64,000 bases of DNA from Candidatus Woesearchaeota archaeon (GTDB lineage: Archaea; Nanobdellota; Nanobdellia; SCGC-AAA011-G17; UBA489). The translations under genes were made by a program, and so were the position numbers. A model generated the notes under the pieces. It saw only the letters and a list, made by a program, of their open reading frames with translations, was not told the DNA's origin and did no database searches. The stretch's first letter is position 1, and each line of letters begins with the position of its first letter. Of the stretch, positions 8,793 through 17,548 are shown piece by piece. The stretch is taken from NCBI GenBank assembly GCA_018302985.1, contig JAGVZA010000002.1, forward strand, positions 32,228 to 96,227, written 5' to 3'.

Positions 8793-8860
8793 GATGGGAT
8801 AGGTGAATTTGCGGAATTTTCTCACAAAGAGTTATTTAGATTCTTTTGACATAGTAGAGA

Positions 8861-9190
8861 ATGAATGTAGAATCAATGAAAAAGATTTTGGAGAACTGCA
8901 CTGAGGAAACTATTGTTTTTGATGAACCGCATGTTTTAGTTCGTTGTGGAGAAAATGATATAACAAAGGAAAAGGTTCTGCATATACTATTGCATGAAAC
9001 AAACACGTTAACAAACATCATTGAAGCTCGTCCACAAGTCTACAGGGTTTACTTTCAATTGACTAAAAAAAGACAGTTAAAGGTTATTCTCGATCTCTGT
9101 GAATATAAAAAAATAAGGATTAGAACAGTGAAGATGATGAATAGAAAATTATATAAAAGCGCGAAACTAAGTTGGAGGAGACGATGGTAA
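8861..9190 (+). CDS. DUF4258-like small protein (toxin-like partner of DUF2283)
   Basis: 109 aa with weak resemblance to the DUF4258 pattern (HVLVRCGENDITKEKVLHIL). Overlaps the downstream DUF2283-like ORF by 19 nt. Confidence 0.35.
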   Translation: MNVESMKKILENCTEETIVFDEPHVLVRCGENDITKEKVLHILLHETNTLTNIIEARPQVYRVYFQLTKKRQLKVILDLCEYKKIRIRTVKMMNRKLYKSAKLSWRRRW

Positions 9191-9516
9191 AAACAAACAA
9201 CTATTATTGGGATTATAGCACCTATTCAGATATACTGCATGTACACAGGAAAGGAGAAATAAACAGAGGAAGTATCGAGTTAGGTGATTTTTGTATTGAT
9301 CTCAACAAAAAAGATGAAGTAGTAGGCATAGAGATAGAATGGGCTTCAGAGTTTTTTAGTCAATTAGATATTACCAAAGAACAATTAACACAGATCACCG
9401 ACGCAGAATTAATTATTGACAAACGAAATCCTCAGGCGCATATTATTTTTCTTAGCTTGAAGTTTCCAACACTAACAAAGAAAATTGCTATACCTATGCA
9501 AGTGTTAACTGCATAA
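9172..9516 (+). CDS. DUF2283-like small protein
   Basis: YWDYSTYSDILHVHRKGE...DLNKKDEVVGIEIEWAS matches the DUF2283 signature (YD.eaD.lyi ... vvGIEIl.AS). Confidence 0.45.
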   Translation: MEETMVKTNNYYWDYSTYSDILHVHRKGEINRGSIELGDFCIDLNKKDEVVGIEIEWASEFFSQLDITKEQLTQITDAELIIDKRNPQAHIIFLSLKFPTLTKKIAIPMQVLTA

Positions 9517-9548
9517 GCAACACTAATCAGAAAATACTCCGAAAAAAG

Positions 9549-9890
9549 CTACGAAGATTCGGATAGCAATGTTTCAAGAGCTTTCTGAGGAAAACGGTTT
9601 CGCAAATTTATGGTTTGACAAGCCATTTGATAAGTGGCAATTATAGGGGGTACTCCTAGTTCTTGGGAAATAAAGTAAGTTCCTAGTTGTTTGCCATCGA
9701 ACAAGCCAAAGTAGAGTACAAAAATGGTTTTTGCCTTCTCATCAGGAAGGAAATTCAAAAGAGTGTCTACTACTCTATCGACTGTCTGTGGTGAGAAAGA
9801 GGATGCAGCAACAAGAGGTTTATCATGAATCCATCGTAAAAAAGCAAGCGCCCCTCGCTGAACATATTTGGGGGTGTAGTCATCGGTCAT
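9549..9890 (-). CDS. hypothetical protein
   Basis: 113 aa ORF with no recognisable domain. Confidence 0.4.
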   Translation of the reverse strand: MTDDYTPKYVQRGALAFLRWIHDKPLVAASSFSPQTVDRVVDTLLNFLPDEKAKTIFVLYFGLFDGKQLGTYFISQELGVPPIIATYQMACQTINLRNRFPQKALETLLSESS

Positions 9891-10120
9891 GGTAAGAATT
9901 AATCAAGGTTGTATGATAATTTGTTGTGAAGGAGATACTGTAAATCAATCCTGGAAATGGTTGTGTAAGATTTAAAGTCACAAAACCAATACAAAACGTT
10001 TGTTCATTTTACCCCCGGAAAACAAGAGACTATGAGCTTATAATGATTTTGTCAGAAAAATGTCATTGAGAGAGTGTAAAAAAGCAATAAAAGGTTGATG
10101 TGGAGAATAGTCTGTCGATA

Positions 10121-10160
10121 GCTCTATAAATACATACACACTAGTGTGTATAAATATGTC
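10121..10160 (+). promoter_or_regulatory. inverted repeat (ACACAC-CTAG-TGTGT region) bracketed by two TATAAAT boxes, immediately upstream of the Mo-oxidoreductase gene
   Basis: ctctataaatacatacacac(c)tagtgtgtataaatATG; possible operator overlapping the promoter. Confidence 0.3.
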
Positions 10161-10785
10161 CCTCAACCAGCGCTGGATCAAAGCCAAAGAAACTATAGCT
10201 GAAACACTCAAAGGTACGCATCATGAGCAGTTGCAAGACAAACGTCTTCCTCCTGGTCAGCATTGGACTCCTGGATTTCCTGTGTTAGACTTAGGCATTC
10301 AACCTGAGATGGATATGAAGACATGGAAATTAAAAATAAGTGGCCTAGCAAAAGAACAAGAACTTTCCTTGGCAGATCTCAAAAAACTAGGTCCACAAAA
10401 AGTAGTGCAAGATTTTCATTGTGTAACTTCGTGGTCAAAAAAAGACGTGCAATGGACTGGCATTCCTCTCAAAAAAATTCTGCAGAAAGTGAAACCAGAT
10501 CCTTCGTGGAAGTTTCTTATCCAGTATGGTGCAGATAACTACTCCACTAATGTTCCTAGAGAAGATGTTGAACATGATGATGTCTTCTTGGTCTATGAAC
10601 TCGAGGGCAAGCCTATTCCTAAAGAGCATGGCTATGTGAGATTGGTGATTCCTCAGTTGTATGCGTGGAAGACGAGTAAGTTTTTAATTGGGTTGGAATT
10701 TTCAAAGACTGATAAGCCCGGCTTCTGGGAAGTTAGAGGGTATAATAATCACGGCGATGCATTCAAAGAAGAACGATACAGTTAA
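10156..10785 (+). CDS. molybdopterin-dependent oxidoreductase, sulfite-oxidase/MsrP(YedY)-like Mo-binding domain
   Basis: LPPGQHWTPGFPVLDLG...HCVTSWSKKDVQWTGIPL...VIPQLYAWKTSKFL is typical of the Oxidored_molyb fold. The ATG at 10156 is preferred over the GTG at 10144. Confidence 0.7.
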   Translation: MSLNQRWIKAKETIAETLKGTHHEQLQDKRLPPGQHWTPGFPVLDLGIQPEMDMKTWKLKISGLAKEQELSLADLKKLGPQKVVQDFHCVTSWSKKDVQWTGIPLKKILQKVKPDPSWKFLIQYGADNYSTNVPREDVEHDDVFLVYELEGKPIPKEHGYVRLVIPQLYAWKTSKFLIGLEFSKTDKPGFWEVRGYNNHGDAFKEERYS

Positions 10786-10881
10786 GGTTTAGACCATTTC
10801 TCTTCTTCTTCTTCTTCTAACTTTCCATCTTGTAACTTAATTCTTTAAAAAGAAGAGGAATGAGTATACTTTCTGAGATCC

Positions 10882-11124
10882 ATGAAAACAGTAATCATCC
10901 ACGATAAGCCACAATGTATAGGGTGTGGTGCCTGTGCTGCCATAGATCCTGGAAATTGGAGTTTAGGACCGGACGGAAAAGCAACCCTGGCAAACCATGC
11001 ACAAGACAATGAACAAGAAATCAGAGAAATAACAGAACAAGAAATAGGAGAACAAAAAGAAGTGGCAGAAGCTTGTCCAGTCAATTGCATTCATATCTAT
11101 GACAAAGGAAAAAAACTCTTATGA
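10882..11124 (+). CDS. 4Fe-4S ferredoxin-like small protein
   Basis: 80 aa with CIGCGACAAIDP and EACPVNCIHI cysteine clusters. ATGA overlap with the downstream U32 gene. Confidence 0.55.
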   Translation: MKTVIIHDKPQCIGCGACAAIDPGNWSLGPDGKATLANHAQDNEQEIREITEQEIGEQKEVAEACPVNCIHIYDKGKKLL

Positions 11125-12368
11125 AACCAGAACTCTTGGCTCCAGTAGGTGACTGGGAAACCTTATCCTCAGCCATCAAGGCAGGAGCAGATGCAGTCTA
11201 CTTTGGCATCAAATGGATCAACATGCGTGCAGGATCTGCCAGAAATTTTGACATCACAGAAGTGAAAGAAGTCATGGACAAGCTCCACAAAAATAAGATC
11301 AGAGGCTATCTCACCTTAAACACAGTCATCTATGATCATGAGTTAGACAAAGTAAAAAGAATTCTCGAAGAAGTCAAGAAAACAAAAGTAGATGCAGTCA
11401 TAGCGACAGACATGGCAATAGTCCAGATGTGTCAGGAAAGAAATATTGAAGTTCATATCAGCACGCAATTGTCAGTAGCGAATTATGAATCCATTAAATT
11501 CTTCGCGAACTTTTCTCCACGAATTATTTTGGCAAGAGAATGTAGCATCGATCAGATAAAATCCTTGAAAGAGCAGATCAAGAAAGACAACTTAAACTAC
11601 AAAGGAAGACCTATAGAATTAGAAACATTTGTCCATGGCTCCTGCAGGAAAAAATACAAGATCACAGACGTCGAAGATCCGAGAAGAGAGTTCATTCTTG
11701 ATGAGAATTTTATTTTGTCTCCCAAAGATCTCTGTGCTCTCCCAATTCTAGATAAACTGCAAGAGGCGGGTGTTGACGTCTTCAAGATAGAAGGCAGGGC
11801 AAAAGGTCCAGAATATGTGTATACCGTAACCAAAGCGTACAGAGAAGCAATCGATCTTATCAGTCAGAAGAAATTCACGCAGGAAAAAGCTTTAGCATTG
11901 GTCAAGGAATTGGAAAAAGTTTTCAATCGAGGATTCACAGATAATTTTTTCTTGGGAACTCCGACTAATGATTCCTGGACAAAGTTCTATGGATCAGCGG
12001 CGCAGGAGAAAAAAGTTAAGATAGGAAAAGTAACTAAATATTATCCAAATTTAAAAGTAGCGGCAGTGCTCATGGAAGAAGGAGAGCTCAAGAAAGGAGA
12101 CGAAATTTGTTTCACTGGACAAACAACTGGATTTTATAAAACTAAAGTACCGGAACTCAGAAAAGAAAATAAAATAATTGTTAGCGCGAGAAAAGGCGAT
12201 GAAGTTTCTTTCATGGTTCAAGAGCGTGTGCGACCTGAGGATCAAGTGTTTGTAATCCAGCCTCGGAATCCAGAAGAAGAGACAAAACAGCAGTATGAAA
12301 ACATAGGCATCCACAAACCTTTCAAGTTTATCAACTCGCGGCAAGAGAAAACGCTTTCCAAAAAGTAA
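11121..12368 (+). CDS. peptidase U32 family protein
   Basis: The N-terminus PELLAPVGDWETLSSAIKAGADAVYFGI and the ELETFVHGSC region match the U32 family (collagenase-like / UbiU-V / RlhA-TrhP). Confidence 0.75.
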   Translation: MKPELLAPVGDWETLSSAIKAGADAVYFGIKWINMRAGSARNFDITEVKEVMDKLHKNKIRGYLTLNTVIYDHELDKVKRILEEVKKTKVDAVIATDMAIVQMCQERNIEVHISTQLSVANYESIKFFANFSPRIILARECSIDQIKSLKEQIKKDNLNYKGRPIELETFVHGSCRKKYKITDVEDPRREFILDENFILSPKDLCALPILDKLQEAGVDVFKIEGRAKGPEYVYTVTKAYREAIDLISQKKFTQEKALALVKELEKVFNRGFTDNFFLGTPTNDSWTKFYGSAAQEKKVKIGKVTKYYPNLKVAAVLMEEGELKKGDEICFTGQTTGFYKTKVPELRKENKIIVSARKGDEVSFMVQERVRPEDQVFVIQPRNPEEETKQQYENIGIHKPFKFINSRQEKTLSKK

Positions 12369-12415
12369 CTTCATTCTTTAAGAAGAAAGGGAGCTTTAGA
12401 AAGAGATACTCTAGT

Positions 12416-13903
12416 ATGAAAAACATCCTCTTAGTTTATCCCGAGTATCCAGACACCTTTTGGAGTTTTAAGCACGTTCTTAAGTTCATCAAGAGAAAAT
12501 CTGCGTTCCCTCCCCTGGGATTATTGACCATAGCAGCCATGCTCCCAGAAATTTGGAACAAGAAGCTCATAGACTTAAACGTGGAAGAGCTCACAGACGA
12601 GCACATCGCGTGGGCAGACATGGTTTTCATCAGCGCGATGATAGTTCAAAAGGCTAGCGCTCAGGAAATTATCAATCGTTGCAAAGAGCAAAACAAAATT
12701 GTTGTTGCTGGTGGTCCAGTGTTTACTACACAGCATGAAAACTTTAAGAATGTGGATCATTTCATTCTCAATGAGGCTGAAGTTACTTTGCCTTTATTCT
12801 TGGCAGATCTGGAGCACAACAAGTTGCAGCCAGTCTACACTTCTCCTATAAGACCAGATATTACAACAACGCCTCTTCCTCTCTGGAACTTAATCAATTT
12901 CAAAAATTATGCAACTATGGCAATCCAATATTCACGTGGATGTCCCTTCAATTGCGAGTTCTGTGACATTATTATCATGAATGGAAGAATTCCCAGAGTG
13001 AAAACACCAGAACAAATTGTTAAAGAGTTCCAGAATCTCTATGATGCTGGCTGGCGTGGTTCCATCTTTGTCGTAGATGATAATTTCATAGGCAATATGA
13101 CACACGTGAAGCAGATGCTGCCAAAATTAATTGCCTGGCAGAAAGAACATGACTATCCCTTTACTCTTCTAACTGAAGCAAGCACTAATCTCTCTGCTGA
13201 TCCAGAACTGATGCAATTGATGAGCGCGGCAAATTTCTGCAAAGTATTCTTAGGTATTGAAACGCCCTCAAAAGAAGGATTACAAGAATGCGGTAAATTC
13301 CAGAATGTGACTCGAGATTTAGCTCAGGCAGTAAAGACCATCCATCAAAATGGCATGCAAGTCATGGGTGGGTTTATTGTTGGTTTTGACACAGACACAG
13401 AAAGTATTTTCGACACGCAGATTAAATTCATTCAGGAAATCGGAGTAGTCACTGCAATGGTTGGTTTGTTGACAGTCCTCCCACAGACAAGGCTCTGGCA
13501 TAGATTAAAAGCAGAAAAAAGATTGCTCACTGATGCAACAGGAGAAAATACTGATGGTATTCTCAATTTCATTCCCAAGATGAATAAAGAAAAGCTAGTA
13601 GCAGGATACAAAAGAATTTTCTCAACGATTTACTCTAGAAAATATTATTACAAAAGAATAGAAACTTTCATCAAACAGTACAAGCCGACAGTGCATGCAA
13701 GAATAACCATTAGGGATGTACAAGCATTTTTGAAAAGTGTCTGGAACATAGGTATTCTTTCAAGAGCAAGGCTGAGATATTGGAAATTAATTGTCAAGAC
13801 TATACTGACCAAACGTAAAGCTTTACCCATGGCTGTAGAATTGGCGATTTATGGAATACATTTTGAAAAAGTAGTGAGAAGAGCTGTAGCAAAACAAGTA
13901 TAG
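12416..13903 (+). CDS. B12-binding-domain radical SAM protein
   Basis: N-terminal B12-binding-like region; YSRGCPFNCEFCDI radical-SAM CxxxCxxC motif. Confidence 0.8.
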   Translation: MKNILLVYPEYPDTFWSFKHVLKFIKRKSAFPPLGLLTIAAMLPEIWNKKLIDLNVEELTDEHIAWADMVFISAMIVQKASAQEIINRCKEQNKIVVAGGPVFTTQHENFKNVDHFILNEAEVTLPLFLADLEHNKLQPVYTSPIRPDITTTPLPLWNLINFKNYATMAIQYSRGCPFNCEFCDIIIMNGRIPRVKTPEQIVKEFQNLYDAGWRGSIFVVDDNFIGNMTHVKQMLPKLIAWQKEHDYPFTLLTEASTNLSADPELMQLMSAANFCKVFLGIETPSKEGLQECGKFQNVTRDLAQAVKTIHQNGMQVMGGFIVGFDTDTESIFDTQIKFIQEIGVVTAMVGLLTVLPQTRLWHRLKAEKRLLTDATGENTDGILNFIPKMNKEKLVAGYKRIFSTIYSRKYYYKRIETFIKQYKPTVHARITIRDVQAFLKSVWNIGILSRARLRYWKLIVKTILTKRKALPMAVELAIYGIHFEKVVRRAVAKQV

Positions 13904-13956
13904 CTTTCCCCTTCGTAACCACCACCTTTAAGAACTTCTAATAATCATTTAATCGT

Positions 13957-14139
13957 ATGGGTGGCGGAAAGCGCAAATACAACCAGAGCATCAGGTTTAG
14001 AAAATTCCATAAAGAAGGACAACAAGTAGATCTCCCAGAAGAACATAAGGCTCCTGCTCCAGAAAACGCGCAAAGTATTCTAGAACTCTGGAAAAAGGCC
14101 AAAGAAAAGAAAGATCAGCAGGCAGAGCAGAAGTCCTAA
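13957..14139 (+). CDS. hypothetical small basic protein (60 aa)
   Basis: ORF only. Confidence 0.3.
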   Translation: MGGGKRKYNQSIRFRKFHKEGQQVDLPEEHKAPAPENAQSILELWKKAKEKKDQQAEQKS

Positions 14140-14208
14140 CCGAAAATCTTCCGGAAATGGCTTAAATCTTAACGAAAAGCATATAAAGATGATAGCGTTA
14201 TTATAGGT

Positions 14209-14412
14209 ATGCTCCAAGCAGAACAAAATTATAAATCATTCTTGAACTTAAGTGTCAAAGAGTATCCTAATAAATGGGTTGCTCTTATTGATGGTGATGT
14301 CGTTGCAGTAAAAAATACTTTCAAAGAAGTATATACAGAAACAAAACAGAAATTTCCACAGCAAAGACCTCTTATTGCTAAGATTCCTTCTAAAAAAGTA
14401 ATGATCCTCTAA
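14209..14412 (+). CDS. DUF5678-like small protein
   Basis: 67 aa. NKWVALIDGDVVAVKNTFKEV resembles the DUF5678 core, but the assignment is tentative. Confidence 0.35.
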   Translation: MLQAEQNYKSFLNLSVKEYPNKWVALIDGDVVAVKNTFKEVYTETKQKFPQQRPLIAKIPSKKVMIL

Positions 14413-14415
14413 ACA

Positions 14416-14847
14416 ATGACTTTAGTGTTCAAATACAAACGTATAGATAGACCAGAACCTTTTCCCTCTGAAGCTGCTCCTGCAATACCTGTAACTCTTA
14501 TAGGCCCAAAAGAAAAAATAAACGTTATTGGACTATTAGACTCTGGTGCTGATTTCTCTTTTATTCCTTATGATATGGCAGAAGTTCTGGGGTTGGATCT
14601 TACAGAAAAACCTCAAGATATTGGAGGCATTAGTGGCACAGTATTATCTATTCCCTCAACGATGAAAATAAATATTCAGAAAGGCAAAGAAAATTATACT
14701 TTTAGTGTTGGTGTTTATGTTTCAGCGAAAGATATGGATGATGATTTCCCTATATTGATTGGAAGAGATGGATTTTTTGAACAATTCAAAATTACATTCA
14801 TAGAGTCGGAAAAGAGAATACACCTTAAGAAACATGACAAACAATAA
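14416..14847 (+). CDS. retropepsin-like aspartic protease (clan AA)
   Basis: VIGLLDSGADFSFIP contains the D-S/T-G-A catalytic motif. Protein size is 143 aa. Confidence 0.6.
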   Translation: MTLVFKYKRIDRPEPFPSEAAPAIPVTLIGPKEKINVIGLLDSGADFSFIPYDMAEVLGLDLTEKPQDIGGISGTVLSIPSTMKINIQKGKENYTFSVGVYVSAKDMDDDFPILIGRDGFFEQFKITFIESEKRIHLKKHDKQ

Positions 14848-14984
14848 ACTGTTCTTGAAAGTAAGGTAAAATAAGAAAAACTATTTAAACTATAAAAAAG
14901 AAACAGAATATATTCAACTCCCCAGTATGACTTCTTCGGAGGGAATGCTGGGCTTCCTTTTCTTACGATCTATAAAAACCAATG

Positions 14985-15290
14985 TTATTTACAACAACTG
15001 CCTTTCATCTCATTAAAATCACTAAACAACGTGCAAAATGTCTGCAGTCCAGTTTCTAATTCTTGTTTCCCTTTAGAAGTTAAAGAATATGCTTTGTTAG
15101 TATTGACTTTCAATAATCCCTTTTCTACTAAGTCTTTGAGTGCAGGATAAATCGTTCCAGGACTAGGCTTAGTTCCTTTTCTTGCTTCCAATTCAGTAGC
15201 TAGTTGAGCGCCAGTCTTGGCTTCTTTCTTAACCATCCACAAGATCAGTAAAGACAAAAATCCTTTCGTAGAGCATCCAGAGTCTTTCAT
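14985..15290 (-). CDS. PadR-family transcriptional regulator
   Basis: GFLSLLILWMVKKEAKTGAQLATELEARKG...SPGTIYPALKDLVEKGLL is a canonical PadR winged helix. Confidence 0.7.
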   Translation of the reverse strand: MKDSGCSTKGFLSLLILWMVKKEAKTGAQLATELEARKGTKPSPGTIYPALKDLVEKGLLKVNTNKAYSLTSKGKQELETGLQTFCTLFSDFNEMKGSCCK

Positions 15291-15319
15291 ACACTATTGG
15301 ATATCCAACTGCTATATAA

Positions 15320-15883
15320 GTGTTACTTGTCAAGAGCAAAAAAAAAGAAGGTAAAGCTTATAAAATAAAAAGAGAGCACCAAGAGATGGTTAATACAGAA
15401 TATAAACCAAAGAGAAGAGATATCGTTTACCAAATGGCAAAAGATCTTGCGCACCCCATACAAGACTTTGTGGTAAATCCTCTATATAATATGCTAACTC
15501 ATCCCTTTACAAGAAGACTAGGATATCTTGTTCGAGAATGGAATATGCTTCCCCATACTGTTGCAACACTTCTAAGAAGATGTAATGAAGATCCAAGGAG
15601 CGTAAGATTTGCTGATGCAGGAAAGTATAATAATACAGTTGATACTCTTGGTTTTTTTATAGGTGCTACTGGCGTAGTTACACAAATAGGAATTTATTGG
15701 ACAATGCAGGATAACTGTCCAAAAGTCGCAGGAGTTTCTTCTATATGGGCTATACCTCTCCTCACTAATCTGGCTTCAGGATTCTATGAATGGCAGCGTT
15801 CAGCAAGAAACCGTCTAATAAGACATCAACAGCAGTCTTTAGAGCAAACTGTCCAAGCGCCTAATGTTGAAACTCATGCATAA
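15320..15883 (+). CDS. hypothetical protein
   Basis: ORF only; the start is uncertain (alternative start at MVNTEYK). Confidence 0.35.
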   Translation: MLLVKSKKKEGKAYKIKREHQEMVNTEYKPKRRDIVYQMAKDLAHPIQDFVVNPLYNMLTHPFTRRLGYLVREWNMLPHTVATLLRRCNEDPRSVRFADAGKYNNTVDTLGFFIGATGVVTQIGIYWTMQDNCPKVAGVSSIWAIPLLTNLASGFYEWQRSARNRLIRHQQQSLEQTVQAPNVETHA

Positions 15884-15912
15884 GTGACTTACTTTTTTAG
15901 AACTTTTTTTGA

Positions 15913-16161
15913 ATGTCTTCTAACAACCAAAACCTTTATATAGAAGTATCGGTTATCCAATATCGTACATCCAATATGGATGAAAACGGAGGCATGAAAG
16001 AAATGCAATGTGAAACCAGTTGTTGCGGATCAGAGATGGAAGGACGTCGTTTCCTAACCGCAGAGGAAAAGGCTGAAAAGCTCCAAGACTATAAGAAATG
16101 GTTGGAGTCAGAAGCAAAAGGCGTCGATGAAGCCATCAAAAAGCTAAAGAAAGCTCAGTAA
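15913..16161 (+). CDS. hypothetical small protein (82 aa)
   Basis: ORF only; CETSCCGSEMEG Cys cluster. Confidence 0.3.
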   Translation: MSSNNQNLYIEVSVIQYRTSNMDENGGMKEMQCETSCCGSEMEGRRFLTAEEKAEKLQDYKKWLESEAKGVDEAIKKLKKAQ

Positions 16162-16194
16162 TGGGCTTTTCTTTCTTTTTTTATCAGGAAACAA

Positions 16195-16914
16195 ATGCAA
16201 AAAACAATTTACAAAGCTCAGGAACGAGGAACAACAAAAATAGATTGGCTCGATAGTAAACATAGCTTCAGCTTTGGAGAATATTATAATGAAGACGCTA
16301 ATGGATTTGGTGATCTCTTAGTGTTAAATGATGATAGCATTGAACCTAACAAAGGATTCGGTTTACATCCCCATAACAATATGGAAATAATCTCTATAAT
16401 TCTAGAAGGTACATTGCAACATACTGACAGCATGGGAAACACAGGAAAAATACACAAGCATGAAGTGCAAGTGATGTCAGCAGGCACAGGTGTTAGACAC
16501 TCAGAAGTCAATCCTTCAACTACAGAAAAAGTAAATCTCTTACAAATTTGGATTACCCCTAATCAACTCAATGTGAAGCCACGCTATGATCAAAAGAAAT
16601 TCACGCTCAAGAAAAATACTCTCACTACAATAGTCTCAGGAGAAAAGAACAAAGAGAGTTTATTTATTCATCAAGATGCAACCATCAATCTCTTAGAGTT
16701 AGAAAAAGGAAAAAAGAGTATCTATACATTAAATCCATCCAGAGGAGCATATCTTTTTGTCATTGAAGGTACAGTAACAGTGGCAGGTGAAACTCTCAAT
16801 CCACGAGATGCTCTTGCAATCAGTGATACACAAACAATAAATCTAGAAGCAACCACAGATGCAAAAATACTTATCATAGACGTAAATATAAATAATAAAA
16901 CACAGGAGAATTGA
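16195..16914 (+). CDS. pirin-family protein (cupin)
   Basis: FGLHPHNNMEIISIILEGTLQHTDSMGN matches the pirin N-terminal cupin metal site. Confidence 0.8.
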   Translation: MQKTIYKAQERGTTKIDWLDSKHSFSFGEYYNEDANGFGDLLVLNDDSIEPNKGFGLHPHNNMEIISIILEGTLQHTDSMGNTGKIHKHEVQVMSAGTGVRHSEVNPSTTEKVNLLQIWITPNQLNVKPRYDQKKFTLKKNTLTTIVSGEKNKESLFIHQDATINLLELEKGKKSIYTLNPSRGAYLFVIEGTVTVAGETLNPRDALAISDTQTINLEATTDAKILIIDVNINNKTQEN

Positions 16915-17546
16915 ACCACATGACATCATCAGAAATACACATGAATTTTGAACAGATAGTTAAGGAGCGTTTTGCTACTAAAAGTTTTGACGGCAAGGAA
17001 ATTTCAGAAGAAAAAATAAAGAAATTATTCGAGATTATTCATAATGCTCCATCCTCATTCAATATCCAGCCTTGGAAAATTATAGTCATTAAAGATAAAG
17101 CACTCAGAGAAAAATTAGCTCCAGTATCATGGAATCAACCGCAGATAACCTCTTCTTCACATCTGTTAGTCTTCTGTGCAGACACCAATATCAAAGAAAA
17201 CATTGAAAGGTTGGAAAAACTCATGATTAAGAACGGTGCCCAAGCTGATCAGATTAAAGGATATATCCAGATGATGCGAGACTTTGAAAAACCTATGACT
17301 CCAGAACAAAAGCTTTCCTGGGCACAACGACAAACTTATATCGCGTTAGGCAATGCAGTCAACGGTGCAAAATATTTAGGATTTGATTCTTGTCCTATGG
17401 AAGGGTTTAATCCACAAGAATACGCAAAGATCTTGAACTTGCCAGCAAACATAGTTCCTTCAGCGTTAGTAACTTTAGGATACACCACAGAGAAGCCAAG
17501 ACCAAAAGTGCGTTTCCCTGTTGAAGAAGTATTTATGGAGAAATAA
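16911..17546 (+). CDS. nitroreductase-family protein
   Basis: RFATKSFDGKEISEEKIKKLFEIIHNAPSSFNIQPWKIIVIKD is the nitroreductase fold signature. ATGA overlap with the pirin gene. Confidence 0.75.
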   Translation: MNHMTSSEIHMNFEQIVKERFATKSFDGKEISEEKIKKLFEIIHNAPSSFNIQPWKIIVIKDKALREKLAPVSWNQPQITSSSHLLVFCADTNIKENIERLEKLMIKNGAQADQIKGYIQMMRDFEKPMTPEQKLSWAQRQTYIALGNAVNGAKYLGFDSCPMEGFNPQEYAKILNLPANIVPSALVTLGYTTEKPRPKVRFPVEEVFMEK

Positions 17547-17548
17547 AG

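Noticed and set aside
8616-8825. ORF 8616..8825 (-) overlapping conserved element A
   Set aside because: It overlaps the upstream regulatory element and the 5' end of the 8326..8712 gene in another frame, and its translation is low-complexity. Likely not coding.
10798-10818. (TCT)6-7 microsatellite just downstream of the Mo-oxidoreductase stop
   Set aside because: Short simple repeat in a 3' intergenic region. Could be a slipped-strand site, but it is too short and unremarkable in an AT-rich genome.
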